Positions 17,677 to 25,287 of a stretch of DNA of 64,000 nucleotides are shown piece by piece (the first letter of the stretch is position 1; every line of letters begins with the position of its first letter). The stretch spans positions 72,656-136,655 of the forward strand of contig JAFEGL010000045.1 of assembly GCA_018239895.1 (NCBI GenBank), written 5' to 3'. The translations under genes and the position numbers were made by a program. A model generated the notes under the pieces. The model saw nothing but the letters and a program-made list of their open reading frames with translations, made no database searches and had not been told where the DNA came from. The DNA comes from Verrucomicrobiota bacterium. Lineage in GTDB: Bacteria > Chlamydiota > Chlamydiia > Chlamydiales > SM23-39.

Positions 17677-17705
17677 ATTATACCAGATCGGGGATTGTTT
17701 GTCAG
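17677..17705 (-). promoter_or_regulatory. sigma-70/66-type promoter CTGACA-17 nt-TATAAT upstream of the aromatic operon
   Basis: On the minus strand the -35 CTGACA is at 17705-17700 and the -10 TATAAT at 17682-17677, with a 17-nt spacer. The nearest downstream gene is aroF. Confidence 0.5.
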
Positions 17706-17742
17706 GGATTATTTGAATTGGAAAAGCATAACATATTGACTA

Positions 17743-18030
17743 TCAGTCTGATATGTAATAATTGTCGTTTACCTGGGCAAGGCGGAGGACGGGCCCCTTC
17801 GCACAATACACATTTAGGTAGGATCCATCGAACTCCAGGCGGAGAGTTTCGCCGCTCTGGTACCGTCCGAAGCCCCATTTCACCTCGAGGGTCATCCCAT
17901 TGCTCAGTTCCACGAGGTCCTCGTGTTCCAGCCTATTTGGGTATGACTCAGACCGGACCACCTGAACGTAGAGTTCGTTGGATGGCCGGGCTGCTTGCTG
18001 AGGGAAGTTGGTCTGAATGACAATCGTCAT
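17743..18030 (-). CDS. hypothetical protein (95 aa)
   Basis: ORF overlaps the upstream 126-aa ORF by 4 nt (ATGA). No motif recognised. Confidence 0.55.
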   Translation of the reverse strand: MTIVIQTNFPQQAARPSNELYVQVVRSESYPNRLEHEDLVELSNGMTLEVKWGFGRYQSGETLRLEFDGSYLNVYCAKGPVLRLAQVNDNYYISD

Positions 18031-18407
18031 GCTTGCATCTTATTGAAGGCGTCTTGGTAAGTTCCCAAATCAACCACGATTTTGATGATCCGTTTGGCTT
18101 GGTCCAAACCTTGTTTGGGAGTGCCAAGCATAACGCACTGTTCAAAAAGAATCTGTTTTTGAAGATCCAAGAGGGCGGAATTCATATTGTTTAATTTTGT
18201 GATTTGAGTCATTTTCTGACTCAAATTGCTACGGACGGTCTCTATTTCTACGTTGGGAGAAGATCGGATTTGATCCGATGCCGCGAGCAGCTTTGTTGCC
18301 GTTTCGAGAAGGGCTGTTGTTTTTTCGGTTACCTTGGCTGTGAAGGCTTCAACAGTTCTGTAGAGTTTTGATAAATCTATACTATCCGTAATAAGTCTTC
18401 CTGACAT
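18027..18407 (-). CDS. hypothetical alpha-helical protein (126 aa)
   Basis: Helix-favouring composition. Divergent from the LuxR-type regulator gene across a 60-nt AT-rich spacer. Confidence 0.55.
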   Translation of the reverse strand: MSGRLITDSIDLSKLYRTVEAFTAKVTEKTTALLETATKLLAASDQIRSSPNVEIETVRSNLSQKMTQITKLNNMNSALLDLQKQILFEQCVMLGTPKQGLDQAKRIIKIVVDLGTYQDAFNKMQA

Positions 18408-18467
18408 ATTTATTTCCTTTTTTTTGCATCTATTATAGGATTTCTTCCAGATTTTTTACAGGCTTTT

Positions 18468-19286
18468 ATGTTGAACTGGAAAGAGATCGTTCAAAATTAT
18501 ATTAGCAAGTATTCCAACCTGATTCGGGCGGCGACCAAGCCCCTAAGAGACCGTCTTGGGCTTAAGTATTTTACGTATCACAAGATTGATAAGCAGGGGA
18601 AATACACCGTCTTAGTCGATCGCCCCGATTGGGCCGAGCACTATGTCGGGGAAAAATATTACTTGGTAGACCCCTACTTGAGACACCCCGATGTCTACCG
18701 ATCGGGTGTTTGCATGATCGGCTGCCATGGCTCGGAAGAATTTAAAGAGAAGCTGCATGGGGCAGCCAAAAAGTTCGATCTCGAGCAAAACGTTTTATTC
18801 ATCGATCGGTCGGAAGATTGCGTGGAATTCTACGGCTATTCGGGGAGCAAACGGGAATCGACATTAGATCGGGCCTATCTCAACCATCCGTGGATCTTCA
18901 AAGCTTTTGCGGGCTTTTTCAAGCGGGAGCTGGGGGCGATCTTGAGGCAGATGGAGGGAGAGGCAGGCTCTCTCATCGAATTGAAGGGGGGCGATTTTTT
19001 CTGTCCCGAGCCGATCAACCCCTCGTTGGACGACGAATTCGAAGCCTACTTAAAAGAGATCGGACAGGGAGAAGATCTTGAAAAGATCAAGCTTTTATCT
19101 CCAAGAGAGAAGCAGTGCATCCGGCTTTTTGCCGATGGGAAATCGGCCAAAAAGACGGGCGTGGACTTGGGGCTTTCTCCGAGGACAGTCGAGTCCTATT
19201 TTGAAAATATGAAAAACAAGCTCTCCTGCCACTCGAAGCAAGAGATCCTCGCTAGGGTAAAGCCCTTTTTGGACTTGTGGCCCTGA
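18468..19286 (+). CDS. LuxR-family transcription regulator (autoinducer-binding-like N-terminal domain plus C-terminal HTH); a LuxR solo
   Basis: C-terminus LSPREKQCIRLFADGKSAKKTGVDLGLSPRTVESYFENMKNKL (GerE/LuxR HTH). N-terminus FTYHKID...PDWAEHYVGEKYYLVDPY has the W-x3-Y-x8-DP spacing of AHL-receptor pockets. Confidence 0.8.
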   Translation: MLNWKEIVQNYISKYSNLIRAATKPLRDRLGLKYFTYHKIDKQGKYTVLVDRPDWAEHYVGEKYYLVDPYLRHPDVYRSGVCMIGCHGSEEFKEKLHGAAKKFDLEQNVLFIDRSEDCVEFYGYSGSKRESTLDRAYLNHPWIFKAFAGFFKRELGAILRQMEGEAGSLIELKGGDFFCPEPINPSLDDEFEAYLKEIGQGEDLEKIKLLSPREKQCIRLFADGKSAKKTGVDLGLSPRTVESYFENMKNKLSCHSKQEILARVKPFLDLWP

Positions 19287-19460
19287 GGCTCATTATTTAA
19301 AACGGCATGAAAGATGATCAGCGCAGAGGTAGAAGGAGTGTAGAAAGACGCAGAGAAAAAATATCCGGCAGGGATCCCAGAATTTTTTTCTCTGCGTCTC
19401 TCTCTACTCCTTCTATCTCTGCGCTGATCATCTTTCGTGTCGTCTTAGAGAATAAGCCTC
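19285..19460. repeat. ~176-bp imperfect palindromic element (arms of ~75 bp); a solo related arm occurs at 52366-52415
   Basis: The left arm gaggctcattat...gaaagatgatcagcgcagaggtagaaggagtgtagaaagacgcagagaaaaaa mirrors tttttttctctgcgtctctctctactccttctatctctgcgctgatcatctttc...agaataagcctc. It begins at the LuxR stop codon. Confidence 0.8.
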
Positions 19461-19539
19461 AGGCGCTACCGTAATTCTTACGGTGATTTGAAATTACGGC
19501 TCTTTTGGATAATCGCCCTCTCTAACAAGGAGAGAGGCG

Positions 19540-20298
19540 ATGAAATTCATCCCCATTTTATTAGCGAGCATGTGTGCAGGAGAGTCTATGAAGGGTTTTG
19601 AAGCTTTAAAACAGCTGGAAATTTGTTACGATACCATGAGCCCGGCCTATGAGAAGAGCGACCGGTCGTTCACTTGGTTTTCGGAGATCCCCCACTTCCT
19701 ATTCAACGCGATCGTTCATCTGAACGCCGATCGGACAGGAGAGGCGGTGGACGATTTGATTCGGCAGGTGCCGGCAGGGAACGGGGTCTCGTTTTGGGTC
19801 CACCCGATGAACCGGGCCGAGGGGTTGGTCGAGAAGTTGAAGGAGGAGGGATTTGTCCTCGCGATCACCTGCCCGCTCATGAGTTGGAAAACGGCGCCCG
19901 TCGCTGTCGGCGATGTCGATATCCGGCCGGTTGTAAATTGGGGCCCTTTCGTGCAGATCACAGAGGTCGGCTTTGGGTTCGATTCAGTGGTGGGGAAAAA
20001 ATATATGGACCTTTTGCAGCGGCTCGATGCAGAGGCCTATGTGATCTATTGCGAAGGAAAACCGGCGGGAACAGGTTTGCTGCTCCCTACCGGCGAATGG
20101 GGTGGGATTTTCAATATCGCTGTCCACCCCGATTTCAGAAACAGGGGACTCGCTCACGACATGATGAGGTTCCTCATGAACCGCTCCCACGAACTTGGAA
20201 TGAGGGAGCTGGTCCTCTTCAGCTCCCCTGAAGCTGCAAAAATCTACCGAGACCTCGGATTCGAAAAACACTTCGATATCGAGATCTACGGTCGCTGA
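19540..20298 (+). CDS. GNAT-family N-acetyltransferase
   Basis: Acetyl-CoA binding motif IAVHPDFRNRGLAHDMM. AAGGAG lies upstream of the ATG. Confidence 0.8.
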   Translation: MKFIPILLASMCAGESMKGFEALKQLEICYDTMSPAYEKSDRSFTWFSEIPHFLFNAIVHLNADRTGEAVDDLIRQVPAGNGVSFWVHPMNRAEGLVEKLKEEGFVLAITCPLMSWKTAPVAVGDVDIRPVVNWGPFVQITEVGFGFDSVVGKKYMDLLQRLDAEAYVIYCEGKPAGTGLLLPTGEWGGIFNIAVHPDFRNRGLAHDMMRFLMNRSHELGMRELVLFSSPEAAKIYRDLGFEKHFDIEIYGR

Positions 20299-20927
20299 AG
20301 AGGGAGGACTCGGGCCTCGGCTGTTTCGAGTTTGGGGCTCGAGCCATCTCCATGGAGTTGGAGCAGAACCATGCTTGGGAATCCATGCATCACGAGGAGA
20401 ACGTGGCCATTTGCTGGATCCCAGGCAGAGAGCTCAGCAAGAACAGCTCCGATCCTATCTTCGACCGATGAGGGGGGTTCGCCTCCATGATCGGCAGAAG
20501 CTTGTACTTCGGCCAGCCAGTTTTTAAAATCAGGGAGAGCTGCGTGGATTTTTCCGACATGTTTCCCTTCCCATTCTTGAGCGACAGCCTCGCGGATTCT
20601 CTCTTCGATGTAGATCCGGCTCTCATCGCAAACACCCCAGTCGGCGAGGATTTGGGCCGTTTGGCGCGTTCGGCGCATCGGAGAAACCAAGACGAGTCCC
20701 ACGTTCTCTTTGTTGATCCCTTGCTCGAGCAGTTTTTGGGCCGTCTCGGCCACTTGCCGCCTGCCTTTTTCGGTGAGAGCGTGATCGACGCCCCCCTCTT
20801 CCTGAGTCCAGGAGCTGATCACAAATTGGAGATTGTGATCTCCCTCGCCGTGCCGGATTACGACGAGCTTTGCGTCGGCAAAGAGAGAGCTGCAGAGAGT
20901 AAGAAAGAGCGGAATGATTTTTTTCAT
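20286..20927 (-). CDS. histidine phosphatase (phosphoglycerate-mutase-like) family protein with a signal peptide
   Basis: MKKIIPLFLTLCSSLFADA is followed by VVIRHGEGDHN (RHG motif), RRTRQTA and LLVMHGF. Confidence 0.8.
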   Translation of the reverse strand: MKKIIPLFLTLCSSLFADAKLVVIRHGEGDHNLQFVISSWTQEEGGVDHALTEKGRRQVAETAQKLLEQGINKENVGLVLVSPMRRTRQTAQILADWGVCDESRIYIEERIREAVAQEWEGKHVGKIHAALPDFKNWLAEVQASADHGGEPPSSVEDRIGAVLAELSAWDPANGHVLLVMHGFPSMVLLQLHGDGSSPKLETAEARVLPLQRP

Positions 20928-20994
20928 AAAGCCTCCTCAAAAAATTCTTAAGGGGATATACTAGCAGGACTTTAAAAAATAAGAGGAGAAATTT

Positions 20995-21828
20995 ATGTTC
21001 CGGCGCAGTTTGTTTTTGGCCCTCTCTCTCGTAGGCTCTGTCGTTGCAAGTCCCGAAGCGATCCAAAAGTACCTCGAATATTGCCGGAACTATCCTCTCT
21101 CTTTTGGAGAGAAGGGGGATTGGCAGCAAGGGGAGATCGAGACGGTCGCCGACTACGAGCAGATGTGCGAGATCGAGTCCCAATTTGCCATGCGCTATTT
21201 CAATAAGGGAATTCCGCTGAAAGAGGCTCTTGAGAGGAGCCGGCTCGGCGTCGTCTCTGAAGATGGATTCTGGGTTTGGGTTCGCGAGCCGCTTTTGTTT
21301 CCTGACGGCTCCTGCGACATCTACAACCGATTTGTCCATAAAAACTCGCTCAAGACGCCTCCAGGAGTGGAGGGGACTGTAGCAGCCGTCTTGGCCCTAA
21401 CGTACGGGGAGAAGATCGTTCTGAATGTGATCTTCCGCAACGCGACCCGTTCGTGGGAGATCGAGCTGCCGCGTGGAGGGCGGGAGCCTCTGGAATCGGC
21501 CGAAGATGCGGCTCGAAGAGAGGCAAAAGAGGAGACCGGCTGTGAGATAGAAGAGATCGTTCACTTGGGGACCTTCCCGATCGACAGCGCTGTGATTCGC
21601 GATTTCTACCACGTCTTTTTCGCCAAAGTAGCGGCCCTGGGAGATACCGACCGGGAAAACTCCGAGGTGATCGGCTCGATTCTAACCTTGACGAAAGAGG
21701 AGGCCAAAGACGCCCTTTGCGAAGGGAAGTTGGAAGTCGAGGTGCAGGGGAGAAAGGTCATGGCCCACTGCCGCGACCATTCTTTAGCTTACGCTATCCT
21801 TCTTGCTGAGTCGAAGGGACTTTTGTAG
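20995..21828 (+). CDS. NUDIX hydrolase with a signal peptide
   Basis: MFRRSLFLALSLVGSVVASP is followed by the Nudix box GGREPLESAEDAARREAKEETG. Confidence 0.8.
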   Translation: MFRRSLFLALSLVGSVVASPEAIQKYLEYCRNYPLSFGEKGDWQQGEIETVADYEQMCEIESQFAMRYFNKGIPLKEALERSRLGVVSEDGFWVWVREPLLFPDGSCDIYNRFVHKNSLKTPPGVEGTVAAVLALTYGEKIVLNVIFRNATRSWEIELPRGGREPLESAEDAARREAKEETGCEIEEIVHLGTFPIDSAVIRDFYHVFFAKVAALGDTDRENSEVIGSILTLTKEEAKDALCEGKLEVEVQGRKVMAHCRDHSLAYAILLAESKGLL

Positions 21829-23542
21829 GATCATAATCTTCCACAACGGCGAAAGGTGTTTGCATCGATGATGCTTGAGCCGATTGTTCCATCTCATGAT
21901 CATCATCGAAGGCTTCGACGTCATCGGCTGTGTGCTTGGTTGGCTTTTGAAAGTGGTCGCTCAGATTGGGTTGGACTTGCAGCGTCGCTACTTGCTCCAA
22001 TGGTTGCATATCTTGGTTCGTATCGAAGGCTTCGATGTCGTCCGGTGTGTGTTTGGGGGGCTTTACGACGTGACTTTCAGCCAGTGCGATTGGAGCAGTG
22101 AGGGTCGCCCTTTGTTCTGATTTGTGGGAGAAGACCGCCAGTTTTTTCTGCATCGTGAAAGTAGCCCCTTCCAGTTTATGAACCCCTTTCCGAATCCAGC
22201 GGCTGGCCCAGGATGGGAGAACGTGATCCAAATAGGAAGATAAGATCGCATGGTTGAGATCCCAGACAACTCCTATTTCCTCGCAAGGATCTAATTCCTC
22301 TTTGGTGAATTTCTGCAGATGGAGGAGGCCGCAATGGACAAAGTGTTTTAAATGGATCGGGATGATTGTCCGGAGAAACAACTCGTCGTCTTCATTGAGG
22401 AGACGCCCCCCAAAAAAACCAATTTCCATTTCAATGATCGCGTCGACGATCGCGCTGCCTGGCTTTGTCCAAAGATCTACCCGATTGTACAAAAAGCTTC
22501 GGATCGATTGTGAAATCGTTTGATCTTTCTGAATCTCTTTTCTGATCTCCTCATCCAGTCTTGCTGCCTTCAGTTTGTTTCCCGGCTCCTTTTGAAACTC
22601 CGTTTGGGCGTTTTGGATTTCGGGGGTATGTTTTAAGATCGATCCATAGGCTTTTAGTGTGTGTCCAGCCAGACGCACAATGAGGTCCTCATATTCCAAC
22701 TCGTTCCATTGGCTAAATGGAGTCGCAGCGAGCGCGGCTTTTAGCGAGCTTTTCCAAACTTCTAGGAAAATCGAGTAGATTTTGCTCTGATGGACTGGCG
22801 CTGCTTTTGAATCGAGGAAGCGCCTTGCTAAGAGTTGACTTAAAAGGGGTTGAATAACGGTTCCCGAAAGCTGGTTTTTCTTAAAGCAAGCAAGAACTTT
22901 CTCTACATAAGGGAACAGGATATTCCAGTTGAAGGCGGCCGTTTTTACTACCATGCCGACCAATGCACAGGGAATGTTTAAGATAGCGATGGTTGGGTTG
23001 ACGACCGCGTTGTAAAAGAGGGAGGCAAATTGATACCTAGCCATACCGATCCCGTAGCCTGCAGAGGGGTCTTCGCCCAAATAGACGATGTCCCTTCTTT
23101 TGAAGAGCCGTCCAGCGAGATCCAATCCGATGAATCCGCATATATTTTCTCCTACCATAGCGATTGCCGTAGAGAGAGTTTCGTTCGCAGTATCTCGTGT
23201 TAGATCCAAAGAAAAGGCAGACCAAACGATGGCAGCTCCAGCAGCTGTCGCCCCGAGGATAAGAAGTCTCGCTTTTGCTGTTTTTCCTGCTGTCAGAACG
23301 AAGGCTATGGGTAAGGCGAGAAGGCACCCGGCTCGGGTGAAGGGCATAATTAGCCTTTGCCCCAAACGGGGAACTAGGCTATCTGCCACATTGCGACTAT
23401 ACGATTTTCCATAAGAACCGAAAATCATTTCTGCAAGCCCTGAAATAGTGATTCGACTCAACGTGCAGCTCGCGATGTTCTTGAGGTTTTGAAATGAGAA
23501 GAATGTCGCGCATCGGCTTACACGTCCTACTGGTTCTGTCAT
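21794..23542 (-). CDS. Inc-like/effector-like membrane protein with a C-terminal acidic 39-aa tandem repeat
   Basis: 582 aa with paired hydrophobic segments near the N-terminus (LLALPIAFVLTAG...LLILGATAAGAAIVWSAF). The C-terminus repeats KPPKHTPDDIEAFDTNQDMQ / KPTKHTADDVEAFDDDHEME (DNA repeat ~21893-22075). Confidence 0.65.
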   Translation of the reverse strand: MTEPVGRVSRCATFFSFQNLKNIASCTLSRITISGLAEMIFGSYGKSYSRNVADSLVPRLGQRLIMPFTRAGCLLALPIAFVLTAGKTAKARLLILGATAAGAAIVWSAFSLDLTRDTANETLSTAIAMVGENICGFIGLDLAGRLFKRRDIVYLGEDPSAGYGIGMARYQFASLFYNAVVNPTIAILNIPCALVGMVVKTAAFNWNILFPYVEKVLACFKKNQLSGTVIQPLLSQLLARRFLDSKAAPVHQSKIYSIFLEVWKSSLKAALAATPFSQWNELEYEDLIVRLAGHTLKAYGSILKHTPEIQNAQTEFQKEPGNKLKAARLDEEIRKEIQKDQTISQSIRSFLYNRVDLWTKPGSAIVDAIIEMEIGFFGGRLLNEDDELFLRTIIPIHLKHFVHCGLLHLQKFTKEELDPCEEIGVVWDLNHAILSSYLDHVLPSWASRWIRKGVHKLEGATFTMQKKLAVFSHKSEQRATLTAPIALAESHVVKPPKHTPDDIEAFDTNQDMQPLEQVATLQVQPNLSDHFQKPTKHTADDVEAFDDDHEMEQSAQASSMQTPFAVVEDYDPTKVPSTQQEG

Positions 23543-23602
23543 ATCTCCCTCTTTTTCAAGAGGAAAGATTTTTACAGGAAGGGGGAAATTATTTAAAGAA
23601 AT

Positions 23603-25219
23603 TTATACGAGGACGTCGACGAGCTGGTGATTTGGGTTTTGTTTGATGCTGTATTGCTTGTCCCACTGGGTGTTGAAAAGGGCCATCGGGCGGTCGAGCC
23701 GATCGCGGACGATAACCGAGCTGCTCGATTTAGCATACGTGTCGATATTGCCCAAGATCCAGGCGCTGCACTGGTAGGGGAGGGGAGTCAAAATGGTCTC
23801 AACTCCATATTCGTCTTTGAGCCGGTATTGCATCACTTCGAACTGGAGCTGGCCGACTGCTGCGAAAATCGGATCGCTCTCGGTTTTCAGAAGTTGGATT
23901 GCCCCCTCCTGCGTTAGTTGGAGAATCCCTTTGTCGAACGATTTTCTCTTGCCCACATCTTTCGGATAGAGGCGAGCGAAGATCTCGGGTTGGAATTGAG
24001 GGAGCGGCTTGAAGTTGAAGCCTCCTGTGATCGAGAGGGTGTCGCCGATGGCAAATAGACCCGGATTGATGACGCCGATGATGTCGCCTGGATAGGCGGC
24101 GTCGAGAGTTGTCCGTTCGCCTGCGAACATCCCATGGGGGCGGGAGAGGCGGATTTCTCGGCCGAGCCGGTGGTGTTTGACGACGAGGTCCCGCTCGAAC
24201 CTTCCCGAACAGATCCGGATGAAGGCCATGCTGTCCCGATGTCTTCTGTCCATGTTGGCCTGGAGTTTGAAGACGTAGCCGCTGAAAGGAGTTTTGATCG
24301 GATCGATTTCGATTTCTGTTCCGTCGGCCTTGTCGGCCATCCGGCCATGAGGGCAGGGAGCTAAATGGATGAAGGCGTCGAAGAAAGGCTCCACGCCGAA
24401 ATTGGTGAGGGCCGAAGCAAAGAAGACGGGTGTAACCCGGCCTGCTAAAAAGTCCTCTTGCCTAAAGGGATTTCCCGCCATCTCAAGCAGATCGAGTTCC
24501 TCTTGGAGCTTAGCGTAGTTTTCAGCGCCGATTTTCTCTCGGGAAAAATCGCTTGTAAGGGGCGATCGGACGATCTCGGCCCTTTGAGCGCCCCCAATCG
24601 AGGTTTTGGAGAAAAACACACACTCGCACGCCTCTCGGTCGACGACGCCGTGGAATTCTTTGCCGGTCCCGATTGGCCAATTCATTGCGAAGGAGTGGAT
24701 TTGGAGGACGTTTTCCACTTCGTTCATTAGCTCGAGGGGCTCTCTTCCCGGCATATCCATCTTGTTGATGAAGGTTAAAACAGGAATCTGACGGAGGCGG
24801 CAGACTTCAAAGAGCTTTCGGGTCTGTTTCTCGACCCCTTTTGAGGCGTCGATCACCATGATGGCGCAGTCGGCCGCCGTCAGGGTTCTATAAGTATCTT
24901 CAGAAAAGTCTTCGTGGCCCGGAGTGTCGAGGACGTTGATGATTGTGTCTTTGTAGGTAAACTGCATGGCCGACGAGGTGATCGAGATCCCCCTTTCCTG
25001 CTCCATGGCCATCCAATCGGAGGCTGCAGCTTTTCGCCCTTTCCGCCCCTTGACCATGCCGGCTGTCTGGATCGCCCCTGAGTACAAAAGAAGTTTTTCA
25101 GTAAGTGTTGTTTTTCCGGCGTCCGGGTGGCTGATGATAGCAAATGTGCGCCTCTTTGAGACGGCTTCGAATAGATCGTCCATAACGGCATCTAGAATAG
25201 CTGGGAACTGACTTTTCAA
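23603..25219 (-). CDS. prfC: peptide chain release factor 3
   Basis: AIISHPDAGKTTLTEKLL, DTPGHEDF and NKMD GTPase motifs. Length 538 aa. Confidence 0.9.
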   Translation of the reverse strand: MKSQFPAILDAVMDDLFEAVSKRRTFAIISHPDAGKTTLTEKLLLYSGAIQTAGMVKGRKGRKAAASDWMAMEQERGISITSSAMQFTYKDTIINVLDTPGHEDFSEDTYRTLTAADCAIMVIDASKGVEKQTRKLFEVCRLRQIPVLTFINKMDMPGREPLELMNEVENVLQIHSFAMNWPIGTGKEFHGVVDREACECVFFSKTSIGGAQRAEIVRSPLTSDFSREKIGAENYAKLQEELDLLEMAGNPFRQEDFLAGRVTPVFFASALTNFGVEPFFDAFIHLAPCPHGRMADKADGTEIEIDPIKTPFSGYVFKLQANMDRRHRDSMAFIRICSGRFERDLVVKHHRLGREIRLSRPHGMFAGERTTLDAAYPGDIIGVINPGLFAIGDTLSITGGFNFKPLPQFQPEIFARLYPKDVGKRKSFDKGILQLTQEGAIQLLKTESDPIFAAVGQLQFEVMQYRLKDEYGVETILTPLPYQCSAWILGNIDTYAKSSSSVIVRDRLDRPMALFNTQWDKQYSIKQNPNHQLVDVLV

Positions 25220-25287
25220 CCACCCTATTTGCGTTTTTTGGAGAAATTTACTATCCTTTTCGACTCAATTTTTTAATGAGGTGTTCA

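Noticed and set aside
20623-21339. 238-aa minus-strand ORF, plus other overlapping ORFs (19674-20231, 55496-56170, 38033-38545, 45213-45872, 49258-49923, 36736-37362, 39502-40092, 47416-47967)
   Set aside because: Each overlaps, in another frame or on the other strand, a gene with strong family motifs (histidine phosphatase/NUDIX, GNAT, pdhA, rpiA, accA, the EarP-like gene, pepF, tyrS, the ABC ATPase). Their Arg/Pro-rich composition is typical of out-of-frame translation.
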